In this document: piece after piece, positions 1 to 9,547 of the stretch
How positions within the stretch are numbered: position 1 is the stretch's first letter
How the letters are laid out: each line of letters begins with the position of its first letter
IMG/VR virus record: IMGVR_UViG_2920693923_000001
Span: 1 to 64,000 of that record
DNA: 64,000 bases
Direction: 5' to 3' (one strand)
From: a virus
Lineage: Duplodnaviria; Caudoviricetes
Notes under the pieces: generated by a model
What the model was told of the DNA's origin: nothing
Seen by the model: the letters and a program-made list of their open reading frames with translations, nothing else
Databases searched by the model: none
Position numbers and translations under genes: made by a program

Positions 1-187
1 AAAATCTTGTGTTATCAAATGTTTAAGGCAAAATCGTAAAATCGAGAAAACTTGAATAAGTTGTTATATCTTGATATAAATTGGTATATTTTGATGTATT
101 AATGGAGACAAAATGGAGACTCTTCAAAATGCGTGGAGACAAAATAATAAAGAACTAGAGACAAAGAATCTTTGCAAATCGTAAAAA

Positions 188-221
188 ATAGGGTATACAG
201 AAATTAATCTGTATACCCTAT
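188..221 (-). terminator. Intrinsic terminator ending the tail/baseplate operon
   Basis: 13-bp inverted repeat atagggtatacag/ctgtataccctat just past the stop of ORF 226..945, followed by a T-run on the minus strand. Confidence 0.8.
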
Positions 222-225
222 AATT

Positions 226-945
226 TTATGCTAACATATTATCGTCAAGCTCAATGACGCATTTACCATAGCCTGTCTGATCATCACATGCAAGATACTT
301 TTTAGCATCAATACTAAATACATATCTGTCTTCCTGATTCTTGTTGATCAAGCACCGATACAAGCCATTTATAACAGTATTTTTCCCCGGCAATGGAATC
401 ACTGTCATAACTACATAGTCATCCGCATATCCATATGTTTCCTCTCCATACAAATTGTATGTTTCGCCACCATCGATCCAGAATTTGTAATTAGATCCTA
501 TATATCCGTATACTCCGATATTTGACTTGTCCTGCAATGTCGCTGTGCTTATCAAAAACGATAACTGTGTCCCTGATGTCATCGTGTCTGAAATAAATAC
601 AAAGAATGTCGCTCCATTTTTTCCATTTGCATATCTTAATCTGAAATTTTTTGCATTATTCCCATTCATGTTCTGGTTAACGACCATTGCTGGCTTGTTT
701 GTTCCTGTCTGTTCTACACCGTTTATGTACTGCCGAATCGTAAAATTACTGCCGGATATAGAACAAATGAATCCATCTTTTGTAGACTCTCCGCTATACA
801 GAATCCACTTGCTTCCGCTTGTGACTGTACTTAACTTACATCTGAGTGCATCAGCAATCTGCTGCATCACTTCATCCGTGATTGTTACAATATAGATGTT
901 GTCAACCAAGTTTGACAACATCAACTCCTTATATCCTTTCATCAT
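226..945 (-). CDS. Hypothetical protein, last gene of the tail module
   Basis: 239-aa ORF overlapping the upstream stop (ATGA) with a GGAGGG RBS; no recognisable motif. Confidence 0.6.
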   Translation of the reverse strand: MMKGYKELMLSNLVDNIYIVTITDEVMQQIADALRCKLSTVTSGSKWILYSGESTKDGFICSISGSNFTIRQYINGVEQTGTNKPAMVVNQNMNGNNAKNFRLRYANGKNGATFFVFISDTMTSGTQLSFLISTATLQDKSNIGVYGYIGSNYKFWIDGGETYNLYGEETYGYADDYVVMTVIPLPGKNTVINGLYRCLINKNQEDRYVFSIDAKKYLACDDQTGYGKCVIELDDNMLA

Positions 946-2297
946 TCACCCTCCTGTTCTATCGTGCATGTTCCATATATATATCTTACCGTTCCGCTAC
1001 TTGCAATAGTCGTATCAACTTTCCCGTACATACCATATCCGACTGACTGGATTTGCTTAATCTTTTTAGCCATCAATTTAAAAGTATCGTCACTTGCGGT
1101 TTGTATACCTTTCTCAGTGATCGCATCCGCAAGCAAATCTTTGCCATCACTGACAGATTTTTTTAACGTTTCAATATCGGTATTACATTTTTCAACTTGT
1201 TGAGATAAATCGCCTACATCTACAGCACCATGTTCTTCATAATAATCCTTATCATAATAGGTAATCATAGGCAATCCACTTGCTTTACATCTAACCATAC
1301 ATGTTCCACCTTTCCCAAAAGTAGGAAAGATATCATTTATTTCATCTTTATAATAATTAAAATAAATATATTTAGCATTGTAAGGAACGCAATATGTCAT
1401 TGTTACAATGTTTCCTTTTACTGCATGTTCATTATGTTCTACATGAATAATTTCATCTTCATCACTCATTACAACAAATGGATATTCAAGATCAGATTTT
1501 AATTCTATAGCTCCTGCATCAGCATTTAATACAACGCAACTGATAGAATCATCATAATTATTATCTGTATTTAAAACTTTTTCACCTGTGGCATAATTGA
1601 AACCATCGCAAGTTCTTGTACTCAACAATCCTTGCTTTGCGATACCATCCTTATAAAAATCTTTTACAATGAGATTAATCGGGTATACAGCATTATCCAA
1701 GAAATATTGATATATTTTTTCATATATAGCTTTATTTTTTACAGGATTTTCGGATTCAGATGATAATTCATCATCTATATTACCAAAACCACCGTCCTTG
1801 ATACATTTAACAATCTGACTACTTGACCATGTTGTATTTTCGGAGATGTTATCATCGGCAATTTCAGGTATATGAGTTACCTTTTCTAATGCATCAACTA
1901 ATGTATTAAACTCATTTGAACTTTTAATATCTCCGTCCTGAATAACTTTTTTAGCAACTATCATTTTACCTGCCACGGTAGAGATAGCAGTACCTTGCTC
2001 AGTTAATAAGATGTCATATTCAATTTCACCTGGCTTAACCGTTGCATTTTTACCGAAAGAAAAGACAAGAAGATTATTCCTCTTGTCTTTATCTAAATTC
2101 GATATAATAACGGTCTTATCTGGCTTTTTAATATTGATAACAGCATCTAGTTTTGATATATCTACTGGTTTTCCAGCATTTACGATTTTAAACTTGACAA
2201 TACGATTGATGTCACCTTGCTTGGCATATATAGTGCCAACAGCGACATGATTCATAACGTCAAGTATTATATATTGTGTTTCATTTATTTTAGCCAT
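942..2297 (-). CDS. BppU-like baseplate upper protein / tail fibre adaptor
   Basis: N-terminus 'IYAKQGDINRIVKFKI...IKKPDKT...KSSNEFNTL' resembles BppU N-terminal domains; phage fibre-type motifs follow ('IDDELSSESENPVKNK', 'LKKSVSDGKDLLADAITEKG'). Confidence 0.7.
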   Translation of the reverse strand: MAKINETQYIILDVMNHVAVGTIYAKQGDINRIVKFKIVNAGKPVDISKLDAVINIKKPDKTVIISNLDKDKRNNLLVFSFGKNATVKPGEIEYDILLTEQGTAISTVAGKMIVAKKVIQDGDIKSSNEFNTLVDALEKVTHIPEIADDNISENTTWSSSQIVKCIKDGGFGNIDDELSSESENPVKNKAIYEKIYQYFLDNAVYPINLIVKDFYKDGIAKQGLLSTRTCDGFNYATGEKVLNTDNNYDDSISCVVLNADAGAIELKSDLEYPFVVMSDEDEIIHVEHNEHAVKGNIVTMTYCVPYNAKYIYFNYYKDEINDIFPTFGKGGTCMVRCKASGLPMITYYDKDYYEEHGAVDVGDLSQQVEKCNTDIETLKKSVSDGKDLLADAITEKGIQTASDDTFKLMAKKIKQIQSVGYGMYGKVDTTIASSGTVRYIYGTCTIEQEGE

Positions 2298-2306
2298 TTC
2301 GTCCTC

Positions 2307-3152
2307 CTAACCCTTATATCCATATGCAATCATAGCAATAGGGGCATATGTAATTTTAATTGTACACGGGCGATTAACCACAATTCGATTTTTAACTGTT
2401 TCGTCTACATTTTGATATGTATTGATTAATCTAGGCAATAAGAAATTACAGTCCTTTCCTAATTGCCTACCCACTATATTACTTGTCACAAGTTGAGATG
2501 TCCCATTAATAGTAATAACCTCACCCATACTGCAATTATCAATCTTAAATTGTCTGTCAATAATCAATAATTTATTCTCTTGGTCTACATAATAGCTAGA
2601 AACAGTTAAGTCGCCAGCTTCTTTACATGTAATAATATAGTCAGCGTTTATATAACCATATTTATCGCTGTTGATTTCAAATTCTGTTTCTCGAATATTT
2701 GCTGATAAATCACAATTAATAAGCAAATCATCTTGTAAAGCATATGGTGTATTGGCTGTAAAAGTCAAATTAAAACCAATAATTTGATCATTTATCATCA
2801 CTTGTTTTGCAGAAAAATTACCAATCCAGTAGATATTCTCATAACCAGAACAATTGATTCTGAATTTCTTGTTTTTGAGAGAAAGCCACTTTTGAATTTT
2901 TCTCGCTTGTGCAACAGTCAGATAATCTATATCTGAATTACACATGTTTACGCATATAGAGAGTGGAAGAGTAAATGGTTCATCATATGTCGCAGAGTAT
3001 AAATTGAACCAATCCGATCCAGATGATTTTTCTTGGTTTAGTTTTAACTCTACGCCGACCTCTACTATTCCTGAGTTACTATCAAAATTACAACATATAC
3101 AGTTAAAATCTGCTAATGTTTTATCAGCAAAGGTAAAATCATTTACTTTCAC
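2307..3152 (-). CDS. Distal tail (Dit)-like protein
   Basis: Likely GTG start at 3152 after AGGAGG; 'DFTFADKTLADF...IQKWLS...IIGFNLTFTANTPYA' resembles siphophage Dit proteins. Confidence 0.65.
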   Translation of the reverse strand: MKVNDFTFADKTLADFNCICCNFDSNSGIVEVGVELKLNQEKSSGSDWFNLYSATYDEPFTLPLSICVNMCNSDIDYLTVAQARKIQKWLSLKNKKFRINCSGYENIYWIGNFSAKQVMINDQIIGFNLTFTANTPYALQDDLLINCDLSANIRETEFEINSDKYGYINADYIITCKEAGDLTVSSYYVDQENKLLIIDRQFKIDNCSMGEVITINGTSQLVTSNIVGRQLGKDCNFLLPRLINTYQNVDETVKNRIVVNRPCTIKITYAPIAMIAYGYKG

Positions 3153-3165
3153 ATTTTCACCTCCT

Positions 3166-5496
3166 TTATAACATAGCAATCCATGCTACGCTTGTACTAT
3201 TAGAATCGGTTCGATTCAAATATATATCAAATCCTTTAGTTGTAACATTTGATACCGACACACATTTTACATATGTTCCAGGTTGTGCGGAGATAGGGGT
3301 AACAACAACGGTTGGCACTGCACTAAATGTGCTACTAAAGGTAACGGATGTTTTTGTTGGAGTATTTGCAGTTGCTTTACAAACAACAGCTCCTTTTTGG
3401 CAAAATCCAGAACTAGACCTAGCAAATAATTTTCCTTGTAATGTGACACCAAAATAAGGGTTTCCAGAACTCCCTGTTTGTTCCATAATTAATCCATAAT
3501 TAGTCGTAGAATTATTAACATTAATTGTTATTCCCATATTAGTAATTAGGGTAGATGCCCTACCTTTTGTATCATCATCTGCACCTACACATACTTCTGT
3601 ACCAAACACGTGTCCATCTTTGCTTACTCTAAATGGACAATCAGAATAATTCGCGTGAGAAGTTCCTCCTGTTGCAAATGTCCATGTTGTGTTTGCAGTT
3701 GGAATTTGCATTACTGAAACCTTTTCGCCACTATTAGTAGGATCTCCACTATATATTTTACCATCTGTTATAGTCCAACCTGCCAGATTTGCCCATGAAG
3801 CTCTCATTTTACCATCTTTACTTACTCTAAAAGGACAATCACTATAATTACTATGAGATTTGCCACCAACTGCAAATGTCCATAGATTATTTTTTTGTGG
3901 CATCTGCATAACCGCTACAGGATTATCTTCCGATCCATCACCAGCATATAACTTACCATTCTCAATGTTCCAACCACCGACCAAACCTTTAATAGAATAG
4001 ATACTACCATCATATCCAACATGAAATGGTGCATTATTGCTATCATTACTGCCAGCCCAAAAAGCTTGGTTTTCACCCATTCCTGTACATGTATCTCCAC
4101 TTCCTGTTATGAGATATGTATCTGTAATATTAAATCTACCAATCGTACCTTTCGAAGCATTTATCGTACCACTTATATTTGCATTACTCGCATATAAATC
4201 GCCACTTGTAGTAACACCAAATTTCGAACCAGCGGTGAAACACCAACCAGAAATAGCGGATGAGCCACCAACAGATTTGGCTATATCAGTGCCCGTACAC
4301 ATTAATACAGATTTGTCAGTTCCCCATGTACCATTAGTCAATGCATTAGTGGTAATATTAAACCCACCGATAGTTCCTGAATTACTTATAATAGTACCGT
4401 TCAGATATACATTATCCGCATATAAACCATAACCGACACAATCATAAGTACCACATTTTAATCCGTCAAGATACCCCAATCTTACACTCGGAATAGTATA
4501 TACCGTATCAGGATCCGAGCTTGATTTACTGCCCCAAATATCTACATAAGGTGCAGAATTTGCACTACCCGTAGCAGACATTCTAATACCGACAGGGGAA
4601 TATACATTCTCAGTAGTTGAACCAATCTTTTTACCATATCTCTGATAGAGCATTACACTAATATCACTGTACGATGTGCTATTTTTAGCTGTAGAAAAAT
4701 GATTGGCTATTGAAGATTCAACAGTAAGTGTTAATGACATAGTATTAGCAGTTGCATTCAATTTAGCAGCCATAACACCGCTACATCTAATATTTAATCC
4801 ATCAATTTTACCTTGAAATTTAATTTTAGAATTTTCTGCCCAACGAACTCCTTGAATAGAATCAGAAGTAATTGCTGTTTTATCTAAGATAGAAACAGTA
4901 ATAGTTGTAGCACTTGCTTTAGATACATTAACTGTTGCACCTGATTGAATATATATTATAGGAGCAACACAGAATTCACCACCTAAGTCTTGAATAGTAT
5001 TTAACTCATACTTGAATGCTTTGAGGGTATCATTAACTGTTACATTGGTTGCTGTGATATTATTAGCAGCGAGAGAGTTATTAATTGTGACTGGTACGTT
5101 GAATTTTGCAGAAGATGTATTTAATACAATCTTGCCACTGCCGCCTACTTGAAAGCCACCGTCTGTTCTTATTACACTAGAACCAAAATAAACTCCACTT
5201 GTCCAAGCACCCGTATCATTTATACCAAGCCAACCATTATTAGCATAATCTCTAATAGACACTTTCCCATTAATAGATATCTTTCCATTCGCTTGTGAAT
5301 TACCAACATTCAATGTACCAGTTGTCGTAGCATTACCATTAACAGTCAATCCACTTGTTGTTATATTTGTTGACGTAAAATTCGTGGCACTCAATGTCTT
5401 AACCGTCAATGAATTTCCAACGCTTATATCTTCACAAAAAAGCTTGCCAAGTAATCTACTCGATCCTGTGACAAGCAAATTTCCTAATTGTGCCAA
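3166..5496 (-). CDS. Tail fibre / receptor-binding protein
   Basis: 776 aa, G/S/T-rich, with 'GTIGGFNI' fibre repeats, a duplicated 'GW.I..GK.Y....NYSDCPFRVSKDG' unit and a C-terminal H-type-lectin-like domain ('VTFSSTFSAVPTVVVT...SNVTTKGFDI...VAWIA'). Confidence 0.75.
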   Translation of the reverse strand: MAQLGNLLVTGSSRLLGKLFCEDISVGNSLTVKTLSATNFTSTNITTSGLTVNGNATTTGTLNVGNSQANGKISINGKVSIRDYANNGWLGINDTGAWTSGVYFGSSVIRTDGGFQVGGSGKIVLNTSSAKFNVPVTINNSLAANNITATNVTVNDTLKAFKYELNTIQDLGGEFCVAPIIYIQSGATVNVSKASATTITVSILDKTAITSDSIQGVRWAENSKIKFQGKIDGLNIRCSGVMAAKLNATANTMSLTLTVESSIANHFSTAKNSTSYSDISVMLYQRYGKKIGSTTENVYSPVGIRMSATGSANSAPYVDIWGSKSSSDPDTVYTIPSVRLGYLDGLKCGTYDCVGYGLYADNVYLNGTIISNSGTIGGFNITTNALTNGTWGTDKSVLMCTGTDIAKSVGGSSAISGWCFTAGSKFGVTTSGDLYASNANISGTINASKGTIGRFNITDTYLITGSGDTCTGMGENQAFWAGSNDSNNAPFHVGYDGSIYSIKGLVGGWNIENGKLYAGDGSEDNPVAVMQMPQKNNLWTFAVGGKSHSNYSDCPFRVSKDGKMRASWANLAGWTITDGKIYSGDPTNSGEKVSVMQIPTANTTWTFATGGTSHANYSDCPFRVSKDGHVFGTEVCVGADDDTKGRASTLITNMGITINVNNSTTNYGLIMEQTGSSGNPYFGVTLQGKLFARSSSGFCQKGAVVCKATANTPTKTSVTFSSTFSAVPTVVVTPISAQPGTYVKCVSVSNVTTKGFDIYLNRTDSNSTSVAWIAML

Positions 5497-5526
5497 GTAA
5501 AATCACCCCTTTCTAAAGAGAGCAAT

Positions 5527-6045
5527 TTACTTGCCCTCCGCAACTGTATTTTCTTTAATTTCTTCGTCTTTCTGAATCTTATCCATAAAGGACAACATAT
5601 CAATATCACGGATATTTAATCTGCAATCATCAGGAAGAGTATCATATACTGCATCCATATCGAATACAGAAAGCGTCACTTCAGTTCGATCATTCAATAC
5701 TTCATCAAATTTCTTCTGACATTCAGCCGCTTCAGTCTGGTATTCCTCTGCAAATTCGTTCTTAATTTCAATCTGCTTTGCTCCATTTACTTCAATTTCC
5801 TCAGTTTTGCCAGCTTCGATGTATTTATTCCATAACGACTGTACTAATTCGTTTCTTATTTCTATTAAACTTTGAGCAGTCTTATTTACTTCCTGCATAT
5901 TTGTACGAAGTGCCAACTGTATTCTGAATGGCAGAACATTAAACTTTTCCTTGTCTTCCTGTCTACTCTGTGCATACCATTCTGCAACATTTACCAGTTC
6001 AATGTTGTAAAATTCCTTTGTTGCAATCTTCTTATTAAATGACAT
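5527..6045 (-). CDS. Hypothetical phage protein (acidic, helical)
   Basis: 172-aa ORF with an AAGGAG RBS. Confidence 0.6.
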   Translation of the reverse strand: MSFNKKIATKEFYNIELVNVAEWYAQSRQEDKEKFNVLPFRIQLALRTNMQEVNKTAQSLIEIRNELVQSLWNKYIEAGKTEEIEVNGAKQIEIKNEFAEEYQTEAAECQKKFDEVLNDRTEVTLSVFDMDAVYDTLPDDCRLNIRDIDMLSFMDKIQKDEEIKENTVAEGK

Positions 6046-6098
6046 AATAAATTCTCCTTTTTCTCAACTAAAATTAGGGCATATAACAGCCCATTAAC

Positions 6099-6563
6099 TT
6101 ATTCTCCATACGGTCTGAATATATGTCCGAACACGACATAGTAAGGTTTATTCTCATCATGAAGCACCTTATATTCAAACCAGTCCAATATAAAAATTGA
6201 TATACATACAATCACAAACCAAGCACAACAGAAGAGGATATTAAGTTGATTCTGTGCAAATGTTCCCCAAAGTCCTCTATAGTCCCATATGGTAAAATCT
6301 TGATTAAATGTAATACCAAATAAATATTCCAACATGATAGAAGTCAAACCACCAAATAATACTTGCCATGCTAAATCCATATCATATGTGAACATATTGT
6401 TATACTGTGAAATGATAATTCCTACAATAAAAGCGAGTATGAACATCGTCCAATGTGTCCAACCTCGCCATAAAATTTCTAAACCACAATATATAAAACC
6501 AGATACTATGCCAATGCTAGTGAGCTGTAGTATCTTCTGTAGTAGTTTCTGTATTTCCGCCAT
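6099..6563 (-). CDS. Membrane protein, putative ABC-transporter-permease (CmpB/DUF1113)-like family
   Basis: 'GFIYCGLEILWRGWTHWTMF...LEYLFG...IWDY...FCCAW' pattern with several hydrophobic segments; probable start 6563 (MAEIQK). Confidence 0.7.
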   Translation of the reverse strand: MAEIQKLLQKILQLTSIGIVSGFIYCGLEILWRGWTHWTMFILAFIVGIIISQYNNMFTYDMDLAWQVLFGGLTSIMLEYLFGITFNQDFTIWDYRGLWGTFAQNQLNILFCCAWFVIVCISIFILDWFEYKVLHDENKPYYVVFGHIFRPYGE

Positions 6564-7437
6564 CTGAATCACCACTTTCTGATGTAGATGTATCCGTGTC
6601 AGGTGTATTATCTGAGCCATCTGTAGTTCCTGAACCGCCCATAAATCCAATAATAAGTCCCTGTATGATCTCAAGAGTATTAGCTATAATCTCGTTGTAC
6701 TGTGCCTGATATGATTCATTAAGAGGTGTGTCATATGTATAAGACATAATTGTATCTCTGTCTGTCTCTCCGTCTAACTGTACACGAAGCAGATTACATT
6801 TAGTAGTTTCCTGAGTAATCTTTAACTGCATCTGAAGATAGAGAGATATAATTACTTTAGCAGGAAACATACGACATTCGTTACCATTTGAGTGATACGG
6901 CAAATATGCAACTGCTGGATTCTGCATTGCAGTCAAACAGAGAGAAGAGATATTATTCTGATCATGTTGTTCAAGACTGAATGTTTCTGTACCACGATCT
7001 GTTTCTATCTGTATACCCTTTGATATTTCTGCCGTACAGGTATCATTGAGTACACTTTTCTTATATGTCTTAATTTCCTCATCAGACATTGTATTAAAAT
7101 CTATAACAGGATTTACAATATCCTGTAAACTCTGAACTTGTTCAGCAAGATTACTCTTTGTTAGTCTAACCGCCAAGCAATCTACAAACTGGTTCACATC
7201 TTCATTGTACTGTGCACCACAGTCTGTAATGTCAGAGTATGTATCGTATATTTCATATAAGCCAACGGATATATCATTCTGGAATACCTGTATGGCTGTT
7301 ATTTTCTTGAAATTTTCTTTAACTCCATGTAAGTAATCTGTCTGCAAATAGAGCACAGGATCATTCGCAAAATCCTGTGCAGAGAACTTCACAAGAGTAT
7401 AGGTTTCTTGATTATTAACTAGAACGTAACTTCGCAT
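6517..7437 (-). CDS. DUF4376-like tail-associated protein
   Basis: 'KKSVLNDTCTAEISKGI...FSLEQHDQNNI...LPYHSNGNECR' resembles DUF4376 fibre-associated proteins. Confidence 0.55.
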   Translation of the reverse strand: MRSYVLVNNQETYTLVKFSAQDFANDPVLYLQTDYLHGVKENFKKITAIQVFQNDISVGLYEIYDTYSDITDCGAQYNEDVNQFVDCLAVRLTKSNLAEQVQSLQDIVNPVIDFNTMSDEEIKTYKKSVLNDTCTAEISKGIQIETDRGTETFSLEQHDQNNISSLCLTAMQNPAVAYLPYHSNGNECRMFPAKVIISLYLQMQLKITQETTKCNLLRVQLDGETDRDTIMSYTYDTPLNESYQAQYNEIIANTLEIIQGLIIGFMGGSGTTDGSDNTPDTDTSTSESGDSDGGNTETTTEDTTAH

Positions 7438-7505
7438 TTAACGCTCCTTTCTGCATAATAAAAGAGCCTACCGAAGTAGACTCTATGTATATAAATTATT
7501 CTATT

Positions 7506-7667
7506 TTAAATTTCCCATATTTCGTTACAAACGACAAAATCATTCGCAATTCTGATTTTGATGTTATCGTTGATTGCGTATTTTAATAGATTCTCATCTT
7601 CAACAACCGCATCTGTTTCATATATTTCAGTAGTAATTAGATCCCCCTGCTTAGTTATATTACTCAT
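7506..7667 (-). CDS. Small hypothetical protein (53 aa), not in the ORF track
   Basis: MSNITKQGDLITTEIYE...CNEIWEI*; start overlaps the stop of 7664..9475 (ATGA) with a GAGG RBS. Confidence 0.6.
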   Translation of the reverse strand: MSNITKQGDLITTEIYETDAVVEDENLLKYAINDNIKIRIANDFVVCNEIWEI

Positions 7668-9475
7668 TCTTCAATTACCTCGCCAGCTAACATTAAGTTT
7701 CCATTATTATCCACTGAAGCAGAGGATTGATATAATTCAAGAATATCAGAATCGGAGAGGGCAGTAACATAAAATCTAAAATCAGACATACAGCTTTCAC
7801 TATTTTCTAATGTTCGATCTCCAAATGTACTATTGCCTAGCCATAATCTAGGGTGATAAACAGACACTGCATTAAAATCAGATTCAGAAAATTTTATGCC
7901 ATTGCTATATCTATACACGTTTGTACCGTCCCATGTAATAGCAAAATGTGTCCATTCATTTAACTTACCTCGACACTGAACTCTTACATGAATTTTATCG
8001 CCATTTGAATCTTTACCAAATATACCACCACTAGAACTTTTTTGCCCACTTGTATCCCAATAAATACCAACACCTTCACTTGTCCAACTATTAAAAGTAG
8101 CGAAGTCAAAATGCTGATGAGTAATAGCTGAAGGTATTTTAATCCAAAATGATATTGTAAATGCAGTCGTTGTTAAATTTAAGTTATCATTATAAATATA
8201 GCCAGTCCCATTAAAATCATAAGCCCCTTTATATCTAGGAGTATTGATATCCCATAAAATATCACCAGATACATTACCATTATTACAATAACCACTTGTA
8301 TCATAAATCACATTGTCATACATTACAGGATCATCCGTTGGACATGGAGTATAAGCAGTTGCTTTATTCCCCTTTTCAAGTTTGAGATTTGCGATAATTA
8401 CAGATTCTCCTGCTTTTAAGTCATTTCTAAAATATACTAATTGTTTACTTTTATTTAATGCATCTTTCAAAGTTATATTTACAATATAATGGGAACCATA
8501 TGTTTTTTTTATAACAGTTTCCTGTGCTAAAGCCACAATACTATGAGTTGCATCACTATCCCATAAGTTTGAAAAACCTACTTTAATGTTTCCAATCACA
8601 TCATAAGACAATGTATAGATTGCACTTGGTTCTAGTTTATCAAAATTCTCCAACAGACCATTGAAAGTAAACATTTTCCAAGAAGTAGTAGGAGTAGCAC
8701 AACTCATTTTTACAACATTTATACCATTCCAATTAACAGATTCACACGAATATGAACCGTCAGCGTGAGCATTTGTCCATTTGGTTTTACCCTGATTTGT
8801 TTTTACAAGTAAGTTTCTCCCACCAATCTTTCCGTCAATTTCTCCGAGAGGGTAGTGACAAACCAGACCTTTTGATATTTCTTTGACTTGACGTGGGGAT
8901 AAACACTCATTATAAATTCGGAAGTCGTTTAATTTTCTATAAGCATTTTGCCAAACAACCCTTGTCTGATATTCAAAAGATGATGAATTACTTACGCCGC
9001 TATATGTATATTTTTTGATACCATTAATATAAACTGTCATAGTTGGATTATGATATGTTACGGTAACATGTGTCCATTGATAAGATGGTAATACTCCCTT
9101 GTAAATTGGAGTCATCATAAATGCTTTTGCAGCATCGTTCATCCAACTGAGATGTAAATCATTACATGTAGGATATTGAAAAATAGAAAATTTCCGATTA
9201 TTAAATTCTACATTACTATTAGTATTTCCAAATATTGTGCCACCTTGTGACCCTTCTTCTGCATTTATGTATATCCAAAAACAAATTGTCAATGCTTGGT
9301 TATTTAAAATTTTAGATGTCATTGTAGCACTCATATCAAACTGCCCTTGTTCAAGACATTTTCCTAACTTACCATCATTAGAAAATGTTGGGTCAATACT
9401 GGTAATAAATTCATCATTAATCAATCCTTGATTTTTTATCACCCCATCTGTAAATGGTAGCCATAAACATAACAA
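7664..9475 (-). CDS. LamG/concanavalin-A-like domain tail protein
   Basis: Two LamG-type units ('WTHVTVTY...VYINGIK...DFRIYNECLS'; 'WTHFAITWDG...SDFRFYVTALS') flanking a CBM-like 'GGRNLL...LKLEKGNKATAYTP' module. Confidence 0.8.
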   Translation of the reverse strand: MLCLWLPFTDGVIKNQGLINDEFITSIDPTFSNDGKLGKCLEQGQFDMSATMTSKILNNQALTICFWIYINAEEGSQGGTIFGNTNSNVEFNNRKFSIFQYPTCNDLHLSWMNDAAKAFMMTPIYKGVLPSYQWTHVTVTYHNPTMTVYINGIKKYTYSGVSNSSSFEYQTRVVWQNAYRKLNDFRIYNECLSPRQVKEISKGLVCHYPLGEIDGKIGGRNLLVKTNQGKTKWTNAHADGSYSCESVNWNGINVVKMSCATPTTSWKMFTFNGLLENFDKLEPSAIYTLSYDVIGNIKVGFSNLWDSDATHSIVALAQETVIKKTYGSHYIVNITLKDALNKSKQLVYFRNDLKAGESVIIANLKLEKGNKATAYTPCPTDDPVMYDNVIYDTSGYCNNGNVSGDILWDINTPRYKGAYDFNGTGYIYNDNLNLTTTAFTISFWIKIPSAITHQHFDFATFNSWTSEGVGIYWDTSGQKSSSGGIFGKDSNGDKIHVRVQCRGKLNEWTHFAITWDGTNVYRYSNGIKFSESDFNAVSVYHPRLWLGNSTFGDRTLENSESCMSDFRFYVTALSDSDILELYQSSASVDNNGNLMLAGEVIEE

Positions 9476-9547
9476 TCTATCACACTCCTTTCTCTAAAAA
9501 TAGGAGAGTAGTGATCTGTACTACTCTCCATAATATACTATATATGC

